Below are positions 1-8,792 of a DNA stretch of 47,192 bases, piece by piece. A program made the translations under genes and the position numbers. Source of the stretch: Balanoglossus misakiensis (lineage: Eukaryota; Animalia; Hemichordata). The stretch spans positions 1 to 47,192 of the forward strand of contig JBECUI020000060.1 in assembly GCA_040954595.2 (NCBI GenBank), written 5' to 3'. The notes beneath the pieces were generated by a model. That model was given only the letters and a program-made list of their open reading frames with translations, did not search any database and was not told where the DNA came from. Each line of letters starts with the position of its first letter. Position 1 is the stretch's first letter.

Positions 1-32
1 AATATCAAACTGGTGGCAAGCAGAAAACGCAT
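1..32 (-). CDS. Possible 5' end of a divergent gene running off the window (MRFLLATSLI...)
   Basis: ATG at 32 preceded by purine-rich GAGAGAG; signal-peptide-like start, but only 10 codons are visible. Confidence 0.3.
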   Translation of the reverse strand, partial: MRFLLATSLI

Positions 33-150
33 TATCTCTCTCTTGACGGTTCATCTATGACCAATGTGCTTTGCGCTACTGGAACGTCACCTTTAATATG
101 GGTCCGTCATGAATCGGTATTGTAACACCAATAAAAAGGTTTGGTAGCTG

Positions 151-1098
151 GTGAGCAGGAAAAACATTGATAAAGTCGCAATAGGCCTCTCGGCGGTAAT
201 CGGAGCCGCCGGAAATGACGAATTGCATTTATTGGTAGCTCGTCATGCCGGAGACCATATCGGTCTGCCGTCCGGAGCCTTCGATCCAGCCCTGCACCGC
301 ACTTTGGAACAGGGCTTGCGGGCCTGGGTCCGCGCTCAAACCGGCTTTGATCTGGGCTATGTGGAGCAATTATATACTTTTGGCGACATCGGACGCGATT
401 TGCCACAAGCGGCTCTGGCCGATGTTCCGCAAGGCTCTCGTTTGATCTCGGTTGGCTATCTTGGTCTGGCTCCGGAGCTTAGTCCTGTCGATGATTTCGA
501 GGCCTTATGGCACCCATATTACCGCTATTTTCCGTGGGAGGATCACCGTTTTGGCGTTCCGGACGTGCTCGGAGAGGAGATAATTCCAGCATTGATGCGC
601 TGGGCCGGCAATAGCGAAGAGCGCCAGTTCCGGACCAAGACCACTTTTGCTACCAATAACGGCCAATGGCGCGAGGAAAGAGTGCTGGAACGCTATGAAT
701 TGATGTATGAAGCCGGACTGGTCGATGAGGCTTGCCGCGATCGCCATGAGACGAAAAATGCCGGAATTGCTACCGGAGCAGCGATGATCTCCGATCACCG
801 CCGAATCCTGGCAACGGCGCTGGGCCGGTTACGCGCCAAGCTGCAATATCGTCCGATCATTTTCGAGCTGATGCCAGAGCATTTTACGTTGTCATCACTG
901 CAAAAACTGGTCGAGTTCATATCGGGGCGCTGCTTGCATACGCAAAATTTCCGCCGAGCACTGTCCCGATCCGGACTGGTGCGAAGCTCTGGACGCTTCA
1001 TGACCGAAACAGGAGGACGCCCCGCCAAATTATTTTGTCGCTGTTCGGACGATGATTCGACGGTGTTGCGCGGAATCGCTACGCCATTTTTACGCTAG
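151..1098 (+). CDS. NUDIX-fold/winged-helix NAD regulator (NrtR/NadQ, COG4111-like)
   Basis: LPSGxFDP..HRTLE.GLR.WV..QTG..LGYVEQLYTFGD motif; C-terminal FTL..LQ..VE...G..LH.QNFRR and TGGRPAKLF winged helix. Confidence 0.85.
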   Translation: MSRKNIDKVAIGLSAVIGAAGNDELHLLVARHAGDHIGLPSGAFDPALHRTLEQGLRAWVRAQTGFDLGYVEQLYTFGDIGRDLPQAALADVPQGSRLISVGYLGLAPELSPVDDFEALWHPYYRYFPWEDHRFGVPDVLGEEIIPALMRWAGNSEERQFRTKTTFATNNGQWREERVLERYELMYEAGLVDEACRDRHETKNAGIATGAAMISDHRRILATALGRLRAKLQYRPIIFELMPEHFTLSSLQKLVEFISGRCLHTQNFRRALSRSGLVRSSGRFMTETGGRPAKLFCRCSDDDSTVLRGIATPFLR

Positions 1099-1114
1099 GC
1101 ATTTTTACGCCAGG
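1085..1114. repeat. 15-bp tandem duplication containing the stop codons of two convergent genes
   Basis: CATTTTTACGCTAGG followed by CATTTTTACGCCAGG. Confidence 0.8.
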
Positions 1115-1873
1115 CGTTCGATCTGCTCCCAGTGATTGATAATCAGTCGGGGCTGCTCCTTGTTCCGGCGGTCGAGGCCGCCGCGGACCCGTAGCCTCTG
1201 CGCCGAGGCCGGCAAAAAGCCGCTCTGGCGCATATGACGCGCCAGTTCCAGACGCAAGCCGGCTCCGGCAATATATTGGCAAACTCCGTCCCTGTTCTGG
1301 CCATAGGCTATTTCGGCAGCATGTCCCTCCACCAGTATCAGGCCGCGCCGCTCCCCCGGCCAGAGCCAGCTCCTCCGGACGCAAAGGCGCGTAAAAAGTC
1401 AAACCCCAAAGACCAAGGCCAGAGTGCCTCGCCTTGTCTTCCAGAGCCAGCATGTCCCCAGCCCTCGCACAATCATGCGGCCATGTTCGCACTCTGGCGG
1501 TGCCAAGCTCGATCAGCCGGGCATTTACCCATTGCCGCCGTCCCAACTCATCCTCGACAAAAACATGCGACAAGGCACGATTAAAATGATCCCTGGTCAA
1601 ACCGCCATAATATAAATGGCATCTGCGCCCCAGAGCCAAAATCTCCAGCGCCTCCCGGGACGGAGCTTCATATGGCTCGCCGCGCCGTCGGGAAGGCGCC
1701 TCGATCCCGGCCAGCCGAACCCTTAGCCCCGTATCCAGAGCCAGAGTGTCACCATCAATGATCCTGACTATATTGCCAGATTCTCCGGGCCATAATTCCT
1801 TGCTCTGCCGCGAACAGGCAAATATCGCCGCCGCAAGGCCAGTAGCAAAAAATCCTCTTCGATCAACAGGCAT
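1105..1873 (-). CDS. Thermonuclease (SNase-like) with Tat/lipoprotein-like signal; apparent frameshift near 1355
   Basis: IIDGDTL, VRLAGIEAP and ARHSGLGLW motifs; removing one G from the G5 run gives ...ERRGLILVEGH and joins ORF 1105-1332 ending HWEQIERLA. Confidence 0.85.
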
Positions 1874-1911
1874 AAAATATCAGCCCTACAGCTTGGTCAG
1901 CGCCGAAACTA

Positions 1912-2658
1912 TCACGGATCAAGACGCTTTCCCAGCCATGATTGCGGCTCGGCAGACAAGATATAGCTCCCGTCGCGGACGACAAAGCCCAAAATCCCCA
2001 GCAGCGAGATCAGCTTCTCTTCATCGGTATCAATCCTGATCGAGACCGGCAAGTCTGAAGCAGCAGGATCCAAGCGCAACTCAATCTGGCATTTTTGCTC
2101 CCTGTCGGCCAGCTCGATCAGCAGCTCAGAGCCAGAGCAAGCCAGTTCTCCGGTCAATAGCCCGATGCTCCAGCCAAGACTGGTTCCAGCCCGGGCAAGC
2201 AAGTCGGTATGGATCCGCCCTCCGGCCGAGCGACAAAATTGCTGGCTCCGATCCATTACCAAAGCCGCATCCTCCACCACTATATCAGCCTTGACAGGGC
2301 GAATATTGCGATCCGGAAAACTCATGGCCGCACTGTCCAAACGCAGATCCAGAGCGGATAATTCAACCCGGCTCCGATAAAGACCAAGCCGCCCCCGACC
2401 ATTGGCCAATCTTCCAGCGAAATCTAGATGAAATACCAGCCCTCCCCATGCCGGTTTGCTCCGCCAGGCCATGTCGCCGAGCGGAATCGAGCCATATTGC
2501 AAGCCTCTTGCAGTTCCGGCCCAGATACTCCCTGTGCTCTGTTGCCACTCAAAGCCGGGCGGCAACAGCACAGACAACAAGGCTCCGGCCGGACAATAGC
2601 CGATCAGACCGACCAATAAGCCAAAGCCAAAAATTACCGCTTCGATCCGTATCCTCAT
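1912..2658 (-). CDS. gspN: Type II secretion protein N
   Basis: GSIWAG motif, C..AGG.I.TD.L and G.LAC motifs; last gene of the gsp operon; ATG at 2658 overlaps the reconstructed gspM stop. Confidence 0.8.
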   Translation of the reverse strand: MRIRIEAVIFGFGLLVGLIGYCPAGALLSVLLPPGFEWQQSTGSIWAGTARGLQYGSIPLGDMAWRSKPAWGGLVFHLDFAGRLANGRGRLGLYRSRVELSALDLRLDSAAMSFPDRNIRPVKADIVVEDAALVMDRSQQFCRSAGGRIHTDLLARAGTSLGWSIGLLTGELACSGSELLIELADREQKCQIELRLDPAASDLPVSIRIDTDEEKLISLLGILGFVVRDGSYILSAEPQSWLGKRLDP

Positions 2659-3115
2659 CCCGAAGCCGCAATATGCAAGCTGGCATTCACCCCCGGCTCG
2701 GCAAGACTCATCGAAACACGGCGGATTATCACCATGATTTTGCTGCAAATCAGTCAGCCAAAGATATAATTGCTCTGGCGGCGGCATTATCCAGCCACAA
2801 GGTTACGCTCCTGCCCTCGCCCGGAAGCAGACGGCTTATCTCCAGAGCATGAGCCGAAGCGCTGCTCGTGACCAGAGCCGTCAAACTCTGACCACTGGCG
2901 GCAAATGACTTGCCCCGGCGAGATAGCGACATCGCTATATCAGCATGGATGACAGCTTGTCGCTCCAGTGCGCGTTCGGCATCGGCGCGAAAGCGCAATG
3001 AAGGCAAAAGAGCAATTTGCACCATCAGCACCAGCAATATGATCGCTCCGCCGCCAGCCAGAAAAATCCGCTCGCGAGGATTAAGAGCGCTCCACCATTC
3101 TCCGACCCGACTCAA
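2655..3115 (-). CDS. gspM: Type II secretion protein M, two apparent frameshifts (~2780 and ~2730)
   Basis: WWSALNPRER plus TM helix; continuation LYLWLTDLQQNHG then IIRRVSMSLAEPGVNASLHI in other frames, ending in an ATGA overlap with gspN. Confidence 0.75.
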
Positions 3116-4252
3116 TCATTGCGCCATAACCACAATGTCACCAATGCGTCCTCCATCTTCGGCCTGTCTTGATCCGCCTTCCCTGATTACGCCTCCGGCT
3201 CCGACCACCGCCTGCCGCAAATCCTCCAGATCAGAATAACGGGCAAACCATATTTGCGCCCGAAGCCCCTTGCCCGAAGGATCAAAACGCAAAGAGTGCA
3301 AAACTATATCCGGCATGGCCCGCATCCCGACACCGAGCAAAGAGGATAAATGCAGGAAATCCTCGTCCTCGTCTCGCTGCCGCGCCCGTAATTGCGAGCG
3401 CGGATCCACCACCCGACCAATATCGGGAAAAGCTGCCTGCATATCGCTGGCGGTCTTGTCGCGCAAGCGATTGGCTTCGGCTCTTAGCCCATTGCCCTCG
3501 ACCGCTTGCAGCGCCGAAAACAACAACATAGCTCCCAACACACAAGCCTGCACCGCCAAAGCATATCGCATCAAGGCAGAAATATCAGCACGAGCCGCAA
3601 ACTCTCCTTGTAACAAATTGCCCGAAACAGCATTTTTGGCTACAAAAACAGCCATTTGCGCATGTTTCTCTTCGATAGAACCCTTGCCCAAAAGCTCGAG
3701 CATTTCCGTGCTGCCAAATTGCTGCAAGAGCGGCTCCAGCATGGCTTGTTGCAACCGGAGCGGAAAACTGGCTCCGGCACCGCCATGGCGAAGCAGCACC
3801 ATGTCGCCAAGCTCCGCCATGGAAACAACTCCGCTCTCTGGCTGCGGCAAAGCCAGATAATCAGGCATGACTATATCCGCCTTCAGCCCGGCAGCGGTCA
3901 GATTTTCGGTGATTTGTTGCATATTGCGGCGATCGATCCAGCTCAGCACTCGCTTGCCTCCGGCGTCCGGGGGGCTTAGCGCATAATGCACGGTCTCGAT
4001 ACTGGCAGCGATCTCCTCCTCCAGCGCAAACAGAGCCTCAGCACGAGCCTCGGCAGCACTAGACGCCGACACGCTCAATCGCCGCGATCCGACCAATGCC
4101 CCGGGAAGCAAAACCATCAGATGCTGATATTGCTGGCCAGACAAAGCCTCCATACCAATGCCATCCAGCGATATCTCGCCTTTTTGCTCATCCACCAGAT
4201 ACCAGCGGCAATCCATCGAGCCAGAGCCAGCAAATAAAATCGCCCGGATCAT
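3116..4252 (-). CDS. gspL: Type II secretion protein L
   Basis: VLLPG, FALEEEIA..IE.VHYA, PDYLALP and NLLQGEF motifs; single TM; operon position. Confidence 0.85.
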   Translation of the reverse strand: MIRAILFAGSGSMDCRWYLVDEQKGEISLDGIGMEALSGQQYQHLMVLLPGALVGSRRLSVSASSAAEARAEALFALEEEIAASIETVHYALSPPDAGGKRVLSWIDRRNMQQITENLTAAGLKADIVMPDYLALPQPESGVVSMAELGDMVLLRHGGAGASFPLRLQQAMLEPLLQQFGSTEMLELLGKGSIEEKHAQMAVFVAKNAVSGNLLQGEFAARADISALMRYALAVQACVLGAMLLFSALQAVEGNGLRAEANRLRDKTASDMQAAFPDIGRVVDPRSQLRARQRDEDEDFLHLSSLLGVGMRAMPDIVLHSLRFDPSGKGLRAQIWFARYSDLEDLRQAVVGAGGVIREGGSRQAEDGGRIGDIVVMAQ

Positions 4253-5220
4253 GTCTGTGCTCCGAACCGGCGCGAGATTTCGACTATCTTATTGTCATCG
4301 CCTATGGCCAGGCTGGCCGCCATGACAAGCTCCGCCGATTGCACCCGCACCGTCATCTCCATATCTAGCCATCTCGACCCCAATACCAGCAAGCCTCGCC
4401 GCTTCTCGTCCAGCTTGCCCTTGCCGGCCAGTTGCGGCAAGGCAAAAAAATCATCGAGCTGGGCATAGCCGCCAGACGGCCTTTGCGCGATCAGGGTCTC
4501 GGCCATCTCCGGAGTCAGTTCCTCTCCCCATACCGCCGATAATAATCGAGCCTGCTCCACCCTCAATGTGTCCAGATTGAGCGGGCGCAACAAATGGTCA
4601 GGCCGCACGCATAAAAGCCTCCCCAGCCGCGCCGTGATCTCCTGAGCAAAGCCGGCAATCCGGTGCAATTCCGATAAATCAGCAAGCTGTTGTCCGGAAG
4701 TCCGGTAAGGCAGGCTGAGACTGATATAATAAAGGTCCTCAGCCCCGCCGCGGCGGGACAAATTATCCTTGTCCATCCAGTCGATCAGAGCCGGAACAAA
4801 ATGATCGATCACCTCCGGCTCTATTTCGACTCCGCGCAATAATGCCTCAAAATGCTCGTGGCCAGCAGCAAATCATCCCGGCTTTTCGGTCGAAAGCGCA
4901 TTGAGATTGAAGCAATTTGCTCCATCGCCGAAACTGAGTTCTACTGTTCCATCGGCAAATGGCAGCGTCAGTGGCGCTTGCAACGCCTTTTGGTAAAAAT
5001 TGCGGATATTGCCATTATGACGGGCACGATTCATCTGCTCGGCGGTGGCAGCAATCGCTGCTTCAGCATAATTGCGCGTCTGGCTTGCCGCCTCCATATG
5101 CGCCGCCGCCCGCACCGCCAGCCGCATCCGATCCAGTGCCAGCAAGGCCGTAGCCGACATCACCGCTATCGCCGCCAAAGCACATATCAATATCGCTCCA
5201 TCCTGACGCTGCCAGTTCAT
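4249..5220 (-). CDS. gspK: Type II secretion minor pseudopilin K, interrupted by an in-frame TGA at 4873-4875
   Basis: RQDGAILI prepilin-like start, CFNLNAL, ALIDWMDKD, GAED.YY; ORFs 4873-5319 and 4249-4839 are in the same frame. Confidence 0.85.
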
Positions 5221-5819
5221 GGTGACGGCGCTCCGACTACAAACAAACCGCGCACCTCTCCCAGATCCGGAAGAGCCAATGTCAAGGCGACGGCTCTGGG
5301 CGGAGTATCCTGTCGCCATTCATCGCTCCAGCCGCCTGCTCCAAGATATTCGACATCAAATTCCGACAGGCCAGCAAAAACTACCCGCTCGGTCATCTCG
5401 GCTCCCAAAGCCGCATCCACCGGCTCGCGGCTTCTCCGGATCAGCTCGCCATCGCGCCGGACATATTCGATATAGGACAGATCCGTGCCCAAATTTTCAC
5501 CCTCCGGCACCGGCCAGCCCAAACCAAGCCGAACCAAAGACATCACCGGGAGCGCTCCATCCCGACCACCGCCAACAAAACCCGGCAATAATACTCCATT
5601 GCCGTCTCTGGGGCGGCGCCGAGGCGCAATCTGTGCCAGATCAGCCCGGATCAAAGCTATCCCGGTCCGGAGCACAAAAGCTGCCTCCACCCTTCTATCC
5701 GCATCGTCATGAGCCGCCAAAACACCCGTCACCATGATCAGGCTGATCAGGGAAATTATCGCCATCATCGCCGTAGCAATCAGCATCTCGGCCAGCGTAA
5801 AACCCTCCTGACGCATCAC
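5217..5819 (-). CDS. gspJ: Type II secretion minor pseudopilin J
   Basis: QEGFTLAEML N-methylation motif; DLAQI.PR and PRAVALTL motifs. Confidence 0.85.
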   Translation of the reverse strand: MMRQEGFTLAEMLIATAMMAIISLISLIMVTGVLAAHDDADRRVEAAFVLRTGIALIRADLAQIAPRRRPRDGNGVLLPGFVGGGRDGALPVMSLVRLGLGWPVPEGENLGTDLSYIEYVRRDGELIRRSREPVDAALGAEMTERVVFAGLSEFDVEYLGAGGWSDEWRQDTPPRAVALTLALPDLGEVRGLFVVGAPSP

Positions 5820-6700
5820 CTGCTGCTCCGCTGCCAGCCAGTACGGCGGACCAAGACCAAATCCTCTTCCCCAGGACCAGTAACCACCAGCTCGATCTGC
5901 ACCAGGCCGCTACCAGCATTGATAGCCACAATGCGCGTCCATGGCCAGTCCAGACCACCAAGCCGCTCGGTGCCGCTATCGCGCCCCGGAGCCACCGGAA
6001 ACAGCAAGGCCTCCGCCAAGCCATTATCCGCAACCATCGAAGCCAGAGCATGATGCTCCATCTGACCGGCATTGCGTAAAGTCTCCGCCGCAATATGCGT
6101 CAGACCAAGGCCGGCTATCGACATGATCAGCAAGGCAAATAACAGCTCGATCAGACTCATTCCACGTTCGGCATGAATGCCGGTGCCACGCTCGGCAGAG
6201 TGGCCGGTTCCACGCTCGGCATGGATGCCGGTGCCTCGTTCGGCATGAGTGCCGGTGCCTCGTTCGGCATGAGTGCCGGTGCCTCGTTCGGCATGAGTGC
6301 CGGTGCCTCGTTCGGCATGAATGCCGGTGCCTCGTTCGGCATGAGTGCCGGTGCCTCGTTCGGCATGAGTGCCGGTGCCTCGTTCGGCATGGATGCCGGT
6401 GCCTCGTTCGGCATGGATGCCGGTGCCTCGTTCGGCATGGATGCCGGTTCCGCGCTCGGCAGAATGGCCGGTTCCACGCTCGGCATAAGTGCCGGTGCCG
6501 CGCTCGGCATGGATGCCGGTGCCTCGTTCGGCATGAGTGCCGGTGCCTCGTTCGGCATGAGTGCCGGTGCCTCGTTCGGCATGGATGCCGGTTCCGCGCT
6601 CGGCATGAATGCCGGTTCCGCGCTCGGCAGAATAGCCGGTGCCGCGTTCGGCATGAGTGCCGGTTCCGCGCTCGGCAGAATAGCCGCAAATACCGCTCAT
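5816..6700 (-). CDS. gspI: Type II secretion minor pseudopilin I with a repeat-expanded leader
   Basis: ERG|MSLIELL cleavage motif at 6160; ALASMVADN.L, G.ERLGGLDWPW; ATG at 6700 overlaps the gspH stop. Confidence 0.85.
   Translation of the reverse strand: MSGICGYSAERGTGTHAERGTGYSAERGTGIHAERGTGIHAERGTGTHAERGTGTHAERGTGIHAERGTGTYAERGTGHSAERGTGIHAERGTGIHAERGTGIHAERGTGTHAERGTGTHAERGTGIHAERGTGTHAERGTGTHAERGTGTHAERGTGIHAERGTGHSAERGTGIHAERGMSLIELLFALLIMSIAGLGLTHIAAETLRNAGQMEHHALASMVADNGLAEALLFPVAPGRDSGTERLGGLDWPWTRIVAINAGSGLVQIELVVTGPGEEDLVLVRRTGWQRSSR
6161..6680 (-). repeat. 24-bp tandem array, 22 AERG units, encoding (H/S/Y)AERGTG(T/I/H/Y)
   Basis: Seen directly; plus-strand unit about GCCGGTGCCTCGTTCGGCATGAGT. 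Confidence 0.97.
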
Positions 6701-7136
6701 TGGAACGGCTCCGGCTCGGCATGAATCCGACCGCCAGCCTCTATCACCACTAGCCTGCTCGCCAGGCCCGAAACCAGTTTGAGCCGACCAGGACTGACCT
6801 CACCAGTCGGGCTGAAAATCACATGATTGCCCCGAAAACCATGAACGGCTCGATCCGGTACGGATATTTGCTCCGATCGCCAAAATCAGCAAGACGACGC
6901 CACCGACCGCGCCAATAATCCGAAAAATGACCATCCCGAATATCCCAAGCCACCGCTCGACCAGAAATGATACTATGTCTGGAAGCTCGCCGTAGATCCG
7001 TAATCACAGTCTCAGATAATGTCTCTATATCCGGCTCCCCCGACGGCAAGACCAGAACCGCCAGACCAGACAATAAGGCAATGATAAACAGAGAAAGCAT
7101 CACCTCGATCAGTGTAAATCCTGCCGAGCCTCTCAT
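6697..7136 (-). CDS. gspH: Type II secretion minor pseudopilin H, apparent frameshift near 6830-6850
   Basis: GFTLIEVML motif; shifted frame continues HVIFSPTGEVSPGRLKL...EPFQ* to an ATGA overlap with gspI. Confidence 0.8.
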
Positions 7137-7564
7137 TGCCTCCAATTTCCTATATCCGCATCCGAACCATCTCCACCCGGCTGGCCATCGGCTCCATAGG
7201 AAAATATGTCCATGACACCGCGCTCGCCCGGATAAAGATACATGTAAGGATTACCCCATGGATCGTCCGGAAGACGCTTGATGAAGCCTCCCTCAGGATA
7301 AATGGAAGCCAATTCCCCATCCCCGGGAGCCTCGATCAGAACTCGCAAGCCATGCCCCGTATCAGGATAATGCCGCATCCGTAATTTATAGCGCTCCAAA
7401 GCGGTCTCCAAAGCCGCAATATCGGCTCTGGCCTTGGTGATCCGAGCCTGATCGACGTCTCCAGCAACATTGACCAAAACCACAGTCGCCAACAAGCCGA
7501 TCACAAAGATCACAACCATCAACTCAACCAGAGTAAACCCCTTTTCTCCCCGATCATTTTGCAT
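7133..7564 (-). CDS. gspG: Type II secretion major pseudopilin G
   Basis: GFTLVELMVV, LP.DPWGNPY.Y, SYGADGQPGG.G..ADIGNW. Confidence 0.97.
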   Translation of the reverse strand: MQNDRGEKGFTLVELMVVIFVIGLLATVVLVNVAGDVDQARITKARADIAALETALERYKLRMRHYPDTGHGLRVLIEAPGDGELASIYPEGGFIKRLPDDPWGNPYMYLYPGERGVMDIFSYGADGQPGGDGSDADIGNWRQ

Positions 7565-7583
7565 GGCATTTATGCTCCTTTTT

Positions 7584-8792
7584 TCAAGCCAGTATCGACG
7601 AATTAAGTCGCAATATCGGCAACATGATCGACAAGATGATCAACAACACAACCACCCCCATAAACAAAGTTATCGCCGGCTCCAGCAAAGCCAGAGCCAT
7701 ATTGGAAGTCGCTTCAAGGCGATCTTCGAGATATTCTGCGCTCTGTTCCATGGCGGTATCGATATTCCCGCTATTTTCTCCGCTCCGGATCATATGTATG
7801 GCCAAAGGCGGGAAAGCATCGGTCTGCGCCATTGCCGCGCTGATCGGAATGCCCTCGCGCACTTGTCGGGCAATTATATCAATAGCGTCCCGCAAAGGCA
7901 AAAACACTACTCCGCCCCGCACCGCCGCCAGAGCATCGGCAATAGGCGCTCCACTACGCGCCAAAGTGGCCAAAGAGCGACATAATCGCGCTGTCGCCGC
8001 ATCGCGCAGAAAATTGCCGAGCACCGGTACCGACAATAAAAATAGCTCGATTCTCCGGCGTACCGGCTCGGTCCGTAACGCCCGAACCCCAAACAAGGCC
8101 AAAACCGCCAGCAATAATAACAGCCAAAGCCCGAACTCAACCAAAAACCCGGAAAGCGCCAGCATCATCCTGGTCAATACCGGCAATTCCTGTCCTATGC
8201 TCAAAAGCTGATCGGCCAGTTGCGGAACCACCAGAACCAACAAGGCCAAAGCTACCGACAGCGCGATTAGTGCCAACACTATCGGATAAATCAATACCGA
8301 GATCAATTTGCGTCTTTGCTCGGCATTCTTCTCCATATATACGGCCAGATCCTCAAGAGTCCGATCCAGAGCACCAGCACTTTCTCCGGCTCTGACGGCA
8401 GCGCGATAAAAAGACGGAAAAGCTCGCGGCTCGGCGTCCAAGGCTCTGGCCAATGAGCTGCCCTCGATGATCCTGGCGCGGACGCTGGCCAGAACCAGAC
8501 GAGTATCCCGATGCCGGTTAGAAGCTCCAATAATCGCCAAAGCCTCCTCGACCGGGGTGCCGCTCCGGATCATCATCGCCATCTGGCGCGTCAGCACTAT
8601 CCTCCGCCCCAAACCAAGTCGGCTCTCAGAGCCTCCGCCAGCCGCCGCCGCGCCCGCCGTGATCCGGAGCGGCGATAAATGCTGCCGGCGCAAGCTCCGC
8701 CGCGCCGCCGCCGCGCTATCGGCCGAGATCACGCCTCGACAAATGCGCCCATTGCCATCAATAGCCCGATACTCAAACGCCGCCATTGCCAT
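7584..8792 (-). CDS. gspF: Type II secretion inner-membrane platform protein F
   Basis: FEYRAID..G, AGESAGAL, YPIVL, GENSGN, LLEP motifs. Confidence 0.95.
   Translation of the reverse strand: MAMAAFEYRAIDGNGRICRGVISADSAAAARRSLRRQHLSPLRITAGAAAAGGGSESRLGLGRRIVLTRQMAMMIRSGTPVEEALAIIGASNRHRDTRLVLASVRARIIEGSSLARALDAEPRAFPSFYRAAVRAGESAGALDRTLEDLAVYMEKNAEQRRKLISVLIYPIVLALIALSVALALLVLVVPQLADQLLSIGQELPVLTRMMLALSGFLVEFGLWLLLLLAVLALFGVRALRTEPVRRRIELFLLSVPVLGNFLRDAATARLCRSLATLARSGAPIADALAAVRGGVVFLPLRDAIDIIARQVREGIPISAAMAQTDAFPPLAIHMIRSGENSGNIDTAMEQSAEYLEDRLEATSNMALALLEPAITLFMGVVVLLIILSIMLPILRLNSSILA

Noticed and set aside
2659-2787. N-terminal extension of GspN
   Set aside because: Better explained as the frameshifted 3' part of gspM
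4873-4875. Selenocysteine or TGA-to-Trp recoding
   Set aside because: TGA terminates many genes here, and nothing suggests a catalytic Cys or conserved Trp at this position
6024-6724. Alternative repeat proteins (MPNEAPAL, CRTRHRHS, MSAGASFG frames)
   Set aside because: Shadow frames of a stop-free 24-bp unit; only the AERG frame joins a recognisable gene and has a coupled start
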